Shown: one piece after another, positions 38,865-48,344 of the stretch
Numbering within the stretch: the first letter of the stretch is position 1
Layout: every line of letters starts with the position of its first letter
Assembly: GCA_048213135.1 (NCBI GenBank)
Contig: PS015096.1
Location: 82,678 to 131,021 of the forward strand
Direction: 5' to 3'
DNA from: Reclinomonas americana ATCC 50394
Lineage: Eukaryota
Length of the DNA stretch: 48,344 nt
Notes under the pieces: model-generated
What the model saw: the letters and a program-made list of their open reading frames with translations, nothing else
The model's database searches: none
What the model was told of the DNA's origin: nothing
Made by a program: the position numbers and the translations under genes

Positions 38865-39506
38865 ATTGTTGTTGTTGTTGTTGACGGATCACGCTCCTTG
38901 ACTTTTCGTTTGCTTCTTGTCGAGTACGGTTCGTGGTCCGCGCATCCACTCGGTCTCGTTCACGGAGGTTACACCGAAGGTCGCTGCCGGTGGGGAGGAG
39001 CGCACCGAGCAGACGCACTTGTTTTATCTGGACTGCAAGCCACCACGAGCGCCGCCACGAGCCAGTTGCGTTCCTCACTTGGATCGTGGTGATTGCGCTC
39101 CATTTCTCAACCGCGAACTCGAAAAAAAGTTCCCAAACCGCTCACCTGCGTGGTCACGGGACGGCCAGCCAAGTATCGCGACCCATTGACGCGCTTTCCG
39201 TATTCGGATCTGGAATCGTTCAAGCGCATTCGCGCCGAGTGGGATCGTGCCGGACCTCGCGAAGATGCAAACGAACGCATGCAGCGATTGATGCAAACGT
39301 TTTCCCATCACTTGGTGCAGGCGGATCTGCAGGAGGAGCGCGCTGTGCGTTACTCGTCTCTCTTCGTTCTGCCTGCACCACGACTGTGCGTCTGACTGCA
39401 TTGGAGCGCAGAAGGCGAGTGGAACGTCGACTACGACGACAACAACGACGACAACTGCGTACGCGCGGCGATCGCACTCCAGCGCACCGTTGGCGTCCGC
39501 CTCTGC
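38648..39506 (+). CDS. VPS72: VPS72/YL1/Swc2 central and YL1_C exons (segment probably inverted in the assembly)
   Basis: LTQEEKLAEAEITAMYNRESL, GPRIHSVS and the YL1_C motif CVVTGRPAKYRDPLTRFPYSDLESFKRIR. Confidence 0.88.
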
Positions 39507-40046
39507 NNNNNNNNNNNNNNNNNNNNNNNNNNNNNNNNNNNNNNNNNNNNNNNNNNNNNNNNNNNNNNNNNNNNNNNNNNNNNNNNNNNNNNNNNNNNNN
39601 NNNNNNNNNNNNNNNNNNNNNNNNNNNNNNNNNNNNNNNNNNNNNNNNNNNNNNNNNNNNNNNNNNNNNNNNNNNNNNNNNNNNNNNNNNNNNNNNNNNN
39701 NNNNNNNNNNNNNNNNNNNNNNNNNNNNNNNNNNNNNNNNNNNNNNNNNNNNNNNNNNNNNNNNNNNNNNNNNNNNNNNNNNNNNNNNNNNNNNNNNNNN
39801 NNNNNNNNNNNNNNNNNNNNNNNNNNNNNNNNNNNNNNNNNNNNNNNNNNNNNNNNNNNNNNNNNNNNNNNNNNNNNNNNNNNNNNNNNNNNNNNNNNNN
39901 NNNNNNNNNNNNNNNNNNNNNNNNNNNNNNNNNNNNNNNNNNNNNNNNNNNNNNNNNNNNNNNNNNNNNNNNNNNNNNNNNNNNNNNNNNNNNNNNNNNN
40001 NNNNNNNNNNNNNNNNNNNNNNNNNNNNNNNNNNNNNNNNNNNNNN

Positions 40047-40222
<176 letters not shown>

Positions 40223-40286
40223 GAGGGCGCGAAAAACAGCGTGAGTCGCGTGCACAACTGGCTTCTTTTTCCTGTGCCAGCCGCAC

Positions 40287-40345
40287 CGTTTGCCACGAGA
40301 TTCGCGTTTTGGCAACACGCGACTGGGCGCAACATCCTCGCTCAT
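40287..40345 (-). CDS. VPS72: Probable first exon of VPS72
   Basis: MSEDVAPSRVLPKRESRGKR is followed by a GTGCGG donor. It resembles the YL1 N-terminal R-x-(T/S)-(R/A)-G-(K/N)-R motif. Confidence 0.65.
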
Positions 40346-40464
40346 CTCTTTGATTGGAGAAAGAAGAAAGACTGCAAGCTGTCCTGTAAGTGATCACGAG
40401 GGGGGGATCGAAGTCAGACTGTGCCCAAGCTCTCGAAAGGCCAAGGATGCCGCTGACTCTTTAT

Positions 40465-41784
40465 TCAACTCTCATCCACTTCTTCGTGAAGAAAACGATG
40501 CAGCAACATCGCAGCCTCCTCCACCACAAAACACCGCAGCACAAGGCGCGGCAAGGATTCTGCGTCTTGCAATTCGTCGTCAACGTCGAGTGCCGCCACG
40601 GCCAGGCGCGCCACCTGCAATTCATGCCACATGCCGGCAAAGCACCGCAGATATGCGCCAAAGCTGCCACCGACTGGCGCCAGGTCGGCAGCCGTCTGTC
40701 CGCGCTCATTCACAGCAAACAGGAGATCGGGGTGCGAGTTGGCCAGCAGTCGGGCGATGGCCTCGTGTCCCTCTGATGCGGCGATGTGCAACGCAGTGCT
40801 GCCTTTTAGGAACGTCAAAGTGCTGGTCCGAGTGACGGCAAATACCACCTCTGGAGGGCAACGGCGCGAATCGGCCAGCAGCCACTCCACCACGCGCACA
40901 TGAGCCTCTCCCGCAGCGACCATCAACGGCGTCAAGTCACGCAGCTCTGAACGCTCACCGTACTTTCTCCTTAACGCGTGCTCGGCAATGTACTGACGTC
41001 TCGGGCGCATCAGAAAACTCGGAGGCTGCTGCGCGCTGTGCACACCGAGCTCGTCCACCAGATACTGCAACACATCAAGGCGGCCCTGGCAGGCAGCCAG
41101 ACGCACCAAGTCTTTGTGAGCATCGAGTACTCGCCGAGGTCCCAGACGCGTCACCATTCTGCGCAGCGCCTCCACATCACCGTCGATCGTCATGGTGTAT
41201 GGACACAGATGTTTCGCCAGCAATTCTGCCACTCCCGACATGGAATAGGGGTGATCAGCCACCTCCAGTGGCGTCACGGGTGGCAGTCGGTCTCCACATT
41301 CAGTTACGTACTCCTTGCAAGAAAGCTGATAGAGCAAATCGGGATGCGCGGCAATCAACAACCGTGTCACCTCAACATCCGCACCAATAGCAGCGTGGTG
41401 CAGTGCCGTGAATCCGCGGTGATCCGTTGCTCGCACCATCTCCGCCGAGCATCGTCGCTCGTCGGCCAACAGCCATGCCACGGCCGACGGAGTGCCTCGA
41501 TGCGCAGCCGACATCAGTGCCGTGCGACCTTTCGCATCCCGCCTGGTGGCCAGCTCGGGACCGATTCCACTCTCCTCCCACATGTAGTCAAGCGCACCAA
41601 GACTGCCGTGCTCAGCGGCGTTCTGGAACAGTGTGCATCCAAAGAAAGTGTCCACGTGTCGCAACACGCGTGGGCCACATCGTGCCACCAGTGTGCGCAG
41701 CCCGTCGACATCGTCCAGGGCGACGAGATAGCGAGCCTCCTTAATGCCAGCAGCCACATCAGCGGAGGATGACGTGCAGCCCAT
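40465..41784 (-). CDS. Ankyrin-repeat protein, copy 1, intronless, N-terminal MGCTSSS
   Basis: 439-aa ORF with ankyrin motifs GRTALMSAA, GFTALHHAA, LTPLMVAAGEAH, GSTALHIAASEGH and NERGQTAADLA. Confidence 0.9.
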   Translation of the reverse strand: MGCTSSSADVAAGIKEARYLVALDDVDGLRTLVARCGPRVLRHVDTFFGCTLFQNAAEHGSLGALDYMWEESGIGPELATRRDAKGRTALMSAAHRGTPSAVAWLLADERRCSAEMVRATDHRGFTALHHAAIGADVEVTRLLIAAHPDLLYQLSCKEYVTECGDRLPPVTPLEVADHPYSMSGVAELLAKHLCPYTMTIDGDVEALRRMVTRLGPRRVLDAHKDLVRLAACQGRLDVLQYLVDELGVHSAQQPPSFLMRPRRQYIAEHALRRKYGERSELRDLTPLMVAAGEAHVRVVEWLLADSRRCPPEVVFAVTRTSTLTFLKGSTALHIAASEGHEAIARLLANSHPDLLFAVNERGQTAADLAPVGGSFGAYLRCFAGMWHELQVARLAVAALDVDDELQDAESLPRLVLRCFVVEEAAMLLHRFLHEEVDES

Positions 41785-41892
41785 GGCGTGCCCACAGAGA
41801 GACGAAGTAAATAACTGTGTCGCCCGGACACTCGACGGACGTGAAGTGAGGGCAGGGACAAGACGGCGGAGCAGTAGGTCACCGCTGTTTAT

Positions 41893-43218
41893 TCAACTCT
41901 CATCCACTTCTTCGCGAAGAAAACGATGCAGCAACATCGCAGCCTCCTCCACCACAAAACACCGCAGCACAAGGCGCGGCAGCGACTCTGCGTCTTGCAA
42001 TTCGTCGTCGACGTCGAGTGCCGCCACGACTAGGCGCGCCACCTGTAGTTCATGCCACATGCCGGCAAAGCACTGCAGATATGCGCCAAAGCTGCCACCG
42101 ACTGGCGCCAGGTCGGCAGCCGTCTGTCCGCGCTCATTCACAGCGAACACGAGATCGGGGTGCGAGTTGGCCAGCAGTCGGGCGATGGCCTCGTGTCCCT
42201 CTGATGCGGCGATGTGCAACGCACTGCTGCCTTTCAGAAAGTTTAAAGTGCTGGTCCGCGTGACGGCAAATATCATCTCACGAGGGCATCGGCGCGGATC
42301 GGCCAGCAGCCACTCCACCACGTGCAGATGACCCTCTCCCGCAGCGACCATCAACGGCGTCAAGTCACGCAGCTCTGAACGCTCACCGTACTTTCTCCTA
42401 AACGCATACTCGGCAACGTACTGACGTCTCCAGTACGGTGGGCGCATAAGAAAACTCGCAAGCTGCTGCGCCCTCTGCACACCGAGCTCGTCCAACAGAT
42501 ATTGCAACACATCAAGGCGGCCCTGCCAGGCAGCCAGACGCACCAAGTCTGGGTGGGCGTCGAACACTCGCTCAGGTCCCAGGTGCGTCACCATTCTCCG
42601 CAGCGCCTCCACATCACCGACGGCGGTCATTTCATACGGACAGAGATGTTTTGCCAACAACGCAGGCACAGCAGACACAGAGGACTCGCGCTTAGCCACT
42701 TCCAATGGGGTACGGGGCGGAACTTGTCTTCCATCCGCGGCAGTGAGCTCGGCAGAGAGTGTGTACAGCAGATCGGGGTGTGCGGCCATCAACATCTGCG
42801 TCGCCTCCACATCCGCACCAACGGCAGCGTGATGCAGCGCCGTGAATCCCTTGCAGTCCGTCGCTCGCACCATCTCCGCCGAGCACCGTCGCTCGTCGGC
42901 CAACAGCCATGCCACGGCCGACGGAGTGCCTCGATGCGCAGCCCACATAAGTGCTGTGCGACCTTGCGCATCCCGTGTGGTGGCCAGCTCGGGACCGATT
43001 CCACTCTCTTCCCACATGTAGTCAAGCGCACCAAGACTGCCGTGCTTGGCGGCGTTCTGGAACAGTGTGCATCCAAACACAGTGTCAACGTGTCGCAACA
43101 CGCGCGGGCCACATCGTGCCACCAGTGAGCGTAACCCGCCGACATCGTCCATAGCGACGAGATAGTGAGCCTCCTGACTGCCAGCAGCCGCATCAGTGGA
43201 GGATGACGTGCAGCCCAT
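41893..43218 (-). CDS. Ankyrin-repeat protein, copy 2 (tandem paralogue)
   Basis: 441 aa from MGCTSSS at 43218, collinear with and highly similar to copy 1. Confidence 0.9.
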   Translation of the reverse strand: MGCTSSSTDAAAGSQEAHYLVAMDDVGGLRSLVARCGPRVLRHVDTVFGCTLFQNAAKHGSLGALDYMWEESGIGPELATTRDAQGRTALMWAAHRGTPSAVAWLLADERRCSAEMVRATDCKGFTALHHAAVGADVEATQMLMAAHPDLLYTLSAELTAADGRQVPPRTPLEVAKRESSVSAVPALLAKHLCPYEMTAVGDVEALRRMVTHLGPERVFDAHPDLVRLAAWQGRLDVLQYLLDELGVQRAQQLASFLMRPPYWRRQYVAEYAFRRKYGERSELRDLTPLMVAAGEGHLHVVEWLLADPRRCPREMIFAVTRTSTLNFLKGSSALHIAASEGHEAIARLLANSHPDLVFAVNERGQTAADLAPVGGSFGAYLQCFAGMWHELQVARLVVAALDVDDELQDAESLPRLVLRCFVVEEAAMLLHRFLREEVDES

Positions 43219-43690
43219 GATGTGTGTAACGAAGCGGTGTACATGTGAATACAAAGGACGAGCTCGTCGGACGATGACTTTCGAAGTCTGGCTTCCGGAG
43301 GCCGCCAGGGGATCGCTATGTAAACACCTTCTTACGTGCACGCTCATGCNNNNNNNNNNNNNNNNNNNNNNNNNNNNNNNNNNNNNNNNNNNNNNNNNNN
43401 NNNNNNNNNNNNNNNNNNNNNNNNNNNNNNNNNNNNNNNNNNNNNNNNNNNNNNNNNNNNNNNNNNNNNNNNNNNNNNNNNNNNNNNNNNNNNNNNNNNN
43501 NNNNNNNNNNNNNNNNNNNNNNNNNNNNNNNNNNNNNNNNNNNNNNNNNNNNNNNNNNNNNNNNNNNNAAGCACGCTCATGCGCGCGCGCGTGCCGAGGG
43601 ACAAAACGCGCGTGCCGTCTTCATTTCCACTTGCAACAACTATTTGTTTGTTTCTGCTGCGCGCTGACCACTCTCGTGATCAATACTACT

Positions 43691-45639
43691 ATGAACTTCT
43701 TCCCCTCGCCCACCAAGGAGCTTGGCTCCTCTGCTTTCAGCACCCCACTGAGCATCAGCTCTCTGACCAATGCCTCCGCGCTGCCTCGCTGGCAGCGACG
43801 ACTGATTCACGACCAGTCGGAGGCTGAGTCAACCAGCACCACCACCACCACAATCACCGCCCCTTTCTCGTCTATCACCCCCTCTAGCTGCACAGGTACC
43901 CCCTCGAAGAAGACCGCCACGAAGACGCCGTCAAAGAGCCCAGCGGTGAGTTGCAATTGCATGAAAGGCACGCGTAACGGTCGGGCGCGTGCTCACACCT
44001 TTTCTCTCTCTCTCGCAATCGTGCAGGCCGACCGCTTCATCCCCAACCGCTCTGCGATGGACCTCGACGCGTCGGAGTTCTCACTGGTCTCCAAGGAGAA
44101 CTCGATGCCGACGGATGCCGGCCACGTCGAGTACACCAACTCGCTGGCCTCGTCGCTCTTTGCCGGCCGTGCCGCAGGCGACTCCAAGGTGCTGGCTTCC
44201 GCAGCAAGGCGCCGACGCCGGCTGAGGGCCACGACAACCACAACATGCGCGTGCTGTACACCCAGAACAAGCTGGCCGCCGGCAACGGCAAGGCTTCGCG
44301 CAAGTCGCAGCGCACCATTGCGCAGGCGCCGGAGCGCATCCTCGATGCCCCCGACATGATCGACGACTACTACCTCAACCTACTCGACTGGAACGCGTCC
44401 AACATTATGGCGGTGGCTCTGGGCCCGGCCGTCTACCTGTGGAACGCGGAGACTGGCGCCGCTGAGCGCCTCATGCAGTGCAAGCAGGACGATCATGTGA
44501 CCTCGATTGCCTGGGTGCAGCAGGGCAACACCCTGGCCATTGGCACCAACAACTCGACGGTGCAGCTGTGGGACACGGAGAAGGGCCGCAAGCTGCGCAC
44601 GATGCGCGGCCATGCCTCGCGCGTCGGCGCCCTGGCCTGGAACCAGCACATTCTGTCGTCGGGCTCTCGCGACTCGATGATCTTCCACCACGACGTGCGC
44701 GTCACCCAGCACCANNNNNNNNNNNNNNNNNNNNNNNNNNNNNNNNNNNNNNNNNNNNNNNNNNNNNNNNNNNNNNNNNNNNNNNNNNNNNNNNNNNNNN
44801 NNNNNNNNNNNNNNNNNNNNNNNNNNNNNNNNNNNNNNNNNNNNNNNNNNNNNNNNNNNNNNNNNNNNNNNNNNNNNNNNNNNNNNNNNNNNNNNNCGTG
44901 GCCACCCTCGAGTCTCACACCCAGGAGGTGTGCGGACTCAAGTGGTCGCTGGACGGCCTGCAGTTGGCGTCGGGCGGTGAGTGTGTGGCAGACATACCCT
45001 TCTCAGAAGCTTTTGTGGTGTGGTGTAACTTACAACAATCTTGCATCAATCTACAGGCAACGACAACCTGCTCAACATCTGGGACGCTGGTGCCAGCACC
45101 CCGCGCTTCACCCTCAACCAGCACCAGGCGGCCGTGAAGGCGCTGGCCTGGTGCCCGTGGCAGGCGAACCTGCTGGCGTCGGGCGGCGGCACTGCCGACC
45201 GCACCCTGCGCTTCTGGAACACCCAGACTGGTGCTTGCGTCAACTCGATCGACACCGAGTCGCAGGTGTGCTCGATCCAGTGGAACCCGCACGACAAGGA
45301 GCTGGTGACGAGCCACGGTTTCAGCCAGAACCAGCTGGTCGTGTGGAAGTACCCCACCCTGGTCAAGATGGCGGAGCTCACTGGTGAGTCTTCTTTCTTT
45401 CTTTCTTCTTCTTCTTCTTCTCATTTCGTGTCACTCACCTCGGCGCTCCCGCAGGCCACACCTCCCGTGTGTTGCACATGGCCCTGAGCCCCGATGGCAC
45501 CTCGGTTGTCAGCGCTGCTGGTGACGAGAGCCTCCGCATCTGGCGCCTCTTCGAGGTGCCGACTGCGGCCAAGACTGCGAAGCGAGACGACGGAGCTTCG
45601 CGCTCGGCCATGCTGCGCGGTGTCGGACTGATCCGCTAA
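43691..45639 (+). CDS. CDC20: APC/C co-activator CDC20/fizzy (one apparent frameshift near 44197)
   Basis: C-box DRFIPNRS, a KEN motif, [43 protein letters not shown] and C-terminal IR tail (GLIR*). Introns 43946-44026, 44977-45056 and 45384-45454. Confidence 0.95.
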
Positions 45640-46228
45640 GCGCATCGCAAGGCTCGGGTATCAACGGCAGGAGCTGCGAGGTGTGACCGACTATGGCACG
45701 GGATCCAATCGTCGATCGCCGTTGCCAGTCGAATCACCCCCCGCAGTCACCACCACCACCACCACCCTCCTCGAGTGCGAGGGTTGGCGGCGCACCTTCC
45801 CTCGCCAGGTGCGCCCACAAGTATTGTCACTCAGCAGCAGCAGCAGCAGCAGCAGCAGACAGGCAGGAGAGAACACAGAACGCAGCGGTGGTCAGAGAGG
45901 CACACAGGCAGGCAGTGTTGTTGTTGTTGTTATGTGTGTGCGTGTGCGTGTTTGTATGTCTGTGCGTGTAGAGATGTGTGAGGCTGCGTGTGTGTGTGCG
46001 TGATAATAACCGGTTGACTCGAAAGAGTGCAACGCGGCACGGGTGTGACGGTGCAAATCACCCAGTGTGAGCGGCGGGAGACATCCGTGTCTCCTTCCCC
46101 GCCACACGAAAACCGCTCGACCTCTTTTCATCTCGCCAACAAGAAAAAGAAAACAACATGCATGCATGCATGTGTGGGGGTGATATACTTACGCGCGTGC
46201 GCTCTCTCTAATGATGGGGTGAAGAACA

Positions 46229-46467
46229 TCAAGCCTGCCCGGATCCCGACGCCTCGCTTGCAGAGGATGCAGCCGCCGTGGCCAGTGCCTGGCGACTCTT
46301 GCGAACCACCTCGGTGACGGCAAAGCTCTTGTTCTTGCTAATCGGTCGGCATTGTTGAATGCGCACCACGTCGCCAAGGGCGCACACTCCGTCCTGTTAT
46401 TCAGAGAGAGAGAGAGAGTGGGTCAATCAATCTCACGCATGACTGTTGGTTGCATTGTTCTCTCTCT

Positions 46468-46533
<66 letters not shown>

Positions 46534-46686
46534 CTCTCTCTCTCTCTCTCTACTCACACACTNNNNNNNNNNNNNNNNNNNNTTAGTTTACTTACGTAGA
46601 AGGAAGAAGGAAGGAGAAGTAGGGTTCGGGTAACGTACTAACTAACTCTACCGCCGACTAGTACTACGTTGGTTTGGTTCGTCTGT

Positions 46687-46754
<68 letters not shown>

Positions 46755-46932
46755 ACTTCTCTCTCTCTCTCTCACTCACACACACACACACCTCATCGTG
46801 CGCCATGATTCTCGACTGCTTTCGCACAATCTTGCTGGCATATCGCGGATGCGAGAACGTCCTCTCGATGGCCACCACCACACTTCGCTGCATGCGCGCG
46901 CTCACGATCGTTCCCAGAAAGTTCTGTGGCAT
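46229..46932 (-). CDS. MRPS17: Mitochondrial/bacterial-type ribosomal protein uS17m
   Basis: Exons 46932-46792 and 46393-46229 give MPQNFLGTIVSARMQRSVVVAIERTFSHPRY..IMAHDE|DGVCALGDVVRIQQCRPISKNKSF. Confidence 0.9.
46458..46790. repeat. (CT)n/(CA)n microsatellites in the MRPS17 intron, apparently duplicated across a gap
   Basis: Two CT runs, at ~46458-46555 and ~46686-46775. Confidence 0.9.
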
Positions 46933-47354
46933 TCTTCACACACCCGCACACACACGCACGTACGCAACAACAAAATGCGTGACACATGACATTTTCCAAC
47001 TTGCGACGTCGATGCTCACTCTTCGGTGCCAGCAACTGCGCCAACAAACAGTACAGTGCGATACTCATGAAATGGTGGGGGAAAAAGAAAGAAAGAGGAA
47101 TAGCTGGATCACTCCAATGTCGACATCGACATTGCAATTGACTTCGCGATCGTGCTGCCTGCACATGCTGCTGCTTCTTGCGACTCGGACAGTACAAGCG
47201 CCAGTGCATGCAGGTCCTGCGTGGATAAAAACAGCCACGCGATCACCGGTGCCTTGGCGTGGAACCCGACAATCCGACACCTGACAACAACAACAAATTC
47301 TCATATAATCCGTGCCTCGCCTCTCACGCGAGAGCACACCACCACCACCACAGC

Positions 47355-48344
47355 ATGAGTGGCGAGAAGGAGATGCTATCGCGCCAGAACACCAGCGGCC
47401 ACATTCGTCTGTGTGAGCGCTTCTGGCTGTTCGAGTTGTGCGACAGTCTGCATCGATGGCTCAGCGCTGGCTCTCTCGGCTCCGCCGCCACCACCGCCAG
47501 CAACATGAATCGACCGACGGCACGCGATGTGAAGCGTGTGGCCGAGGGAGGTATGTGTGTGTGTGTGAGAAGAGAGAGAGAGAGTGCGATCGGATGGTCG
47601 TTTGTGTGATTGGCGGACACCGCATAATGATCATCGCCCTCGCAACAGTGAGAAAGTACGTGCGGTCCGATGATAGCGTGCTCAACTCTACTCCCGAGCG
47701 ATGGGACGACGAGCTGTCAACGCTTCGGGCGCTGGACGGCGCGGTGAGACTGGCGTCGGAGTCGAGCGCCACGCTGCCTGACGTGACCGATGTCAATCCA
47801 TTCAGCCAGGAAGCGGCTTTTGTCGACCTCCTCGGGGCCTACAATGAGTTTCTGAGTTGGTGGCAGACGGAGCGATGCACCACGGCCGCACTGAACCTGG
47901 CAGGTGTGCCACACACAAAATCGAACTCTCTCTGTCGTGCTCATCGATATCCTCATCGTTGTTATCATGCAGTTCGACAGCTCCTGAGCGACGGCCTGGA
48001 CATGGCACCCGAGGATCACGACGTGTGTGTGAGACGCTTGCGTCGTCTGGGTGAGGCCGTGTCATCGACGGTGATCATGGAGCTGTTTCCGGAAACAACT
48101 GCAACTACAACAAGAACAGCATCGGCGACTGCAGGTGGCAGCAGCAGTCCCGCCGCTGGAATGCCGTCACCACCACCGATGCCGAGGGCGGCATCGGATC
48201 ACGCCCCATCTCGTCCGCTGCGTCAGTTCGATCTTGCGAGCGGCGGTGAAGCAGCACCGCCGCCAGCACGGCGACCAGATCCTACGACAGCCGGACGAGC
48301 TCCACCACCTCCGTCTGCTGGTGGTGCTAGTCACCCCCGCATGA
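47355..48344 (+). CDS. Hypothetical multi-exon protein, 3' truncated by window
   Basis: MSGEKEMLSRQ..RFWLFELCDSLHRWL..; two short GT-AG introns link open frames that run to the window end. Confidence 0.5.

Noticed and set aside
38829-38883. Poly-Cys tract in the VPS72 ORF
   Set aside because: It is a (TGC)n/(TGT)n microsatellite within an intron downstream of the donor near 38821.
29142-39506. Trans-splicing or programmed inversion to explain opposite-strand exons
   Set aside because: Every inverted segment is bounded by assembly gaps on both sides, so mis-orientation is the simpler explanation.

Overview
GC-rich, gene-dense eukaryotic (protist-like) draft scaffold with many N-gaps and short (~60-110 nt) GT-AG introns. 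The host appears flagellated (CFAP57) and has mitochondrial ribosomes (nuclear MRPS17); I do not assign a species. About 15 protein genes can be reconstructed by hand-splicing, in this order: a >13.7 kb Furry/Mor2/Tao3-like scaffold gene, nicotinamidase (PNC1), a protein with ECTFxP repeats, two hypothetical genes (one with a DCVE motif), a MATCAP/KIAA0895-type tubulin carboxypeptidase, CFAP57, a Xanthomonas PhyA-like secreted beta-propeller phytase, a SIW14/PFA-DSP phosphatase, VPS72/YL1, two tandem intronless ankyrin genes starting MGCTSSS, CDC20, MRPS17 and a partial hypothetical gene. Most notable: (1) the SIW14 catalytic loop only reads in frame through a 6-nt micro-exon plus an apparent 1-nt exon; (2) an intron-containing bacterial-type phytase sits head-to-head (67 bp between ATGs) with the inositol-pyrophosphate phosphatase SIW14; (3) an atypical GTTGCG splice donor recurs across genes; (4) three gap-flanked segments are inverted relative to their host genes, probably scaffolding errors. 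Family assignments come from recalled motif similarity, not database searches.
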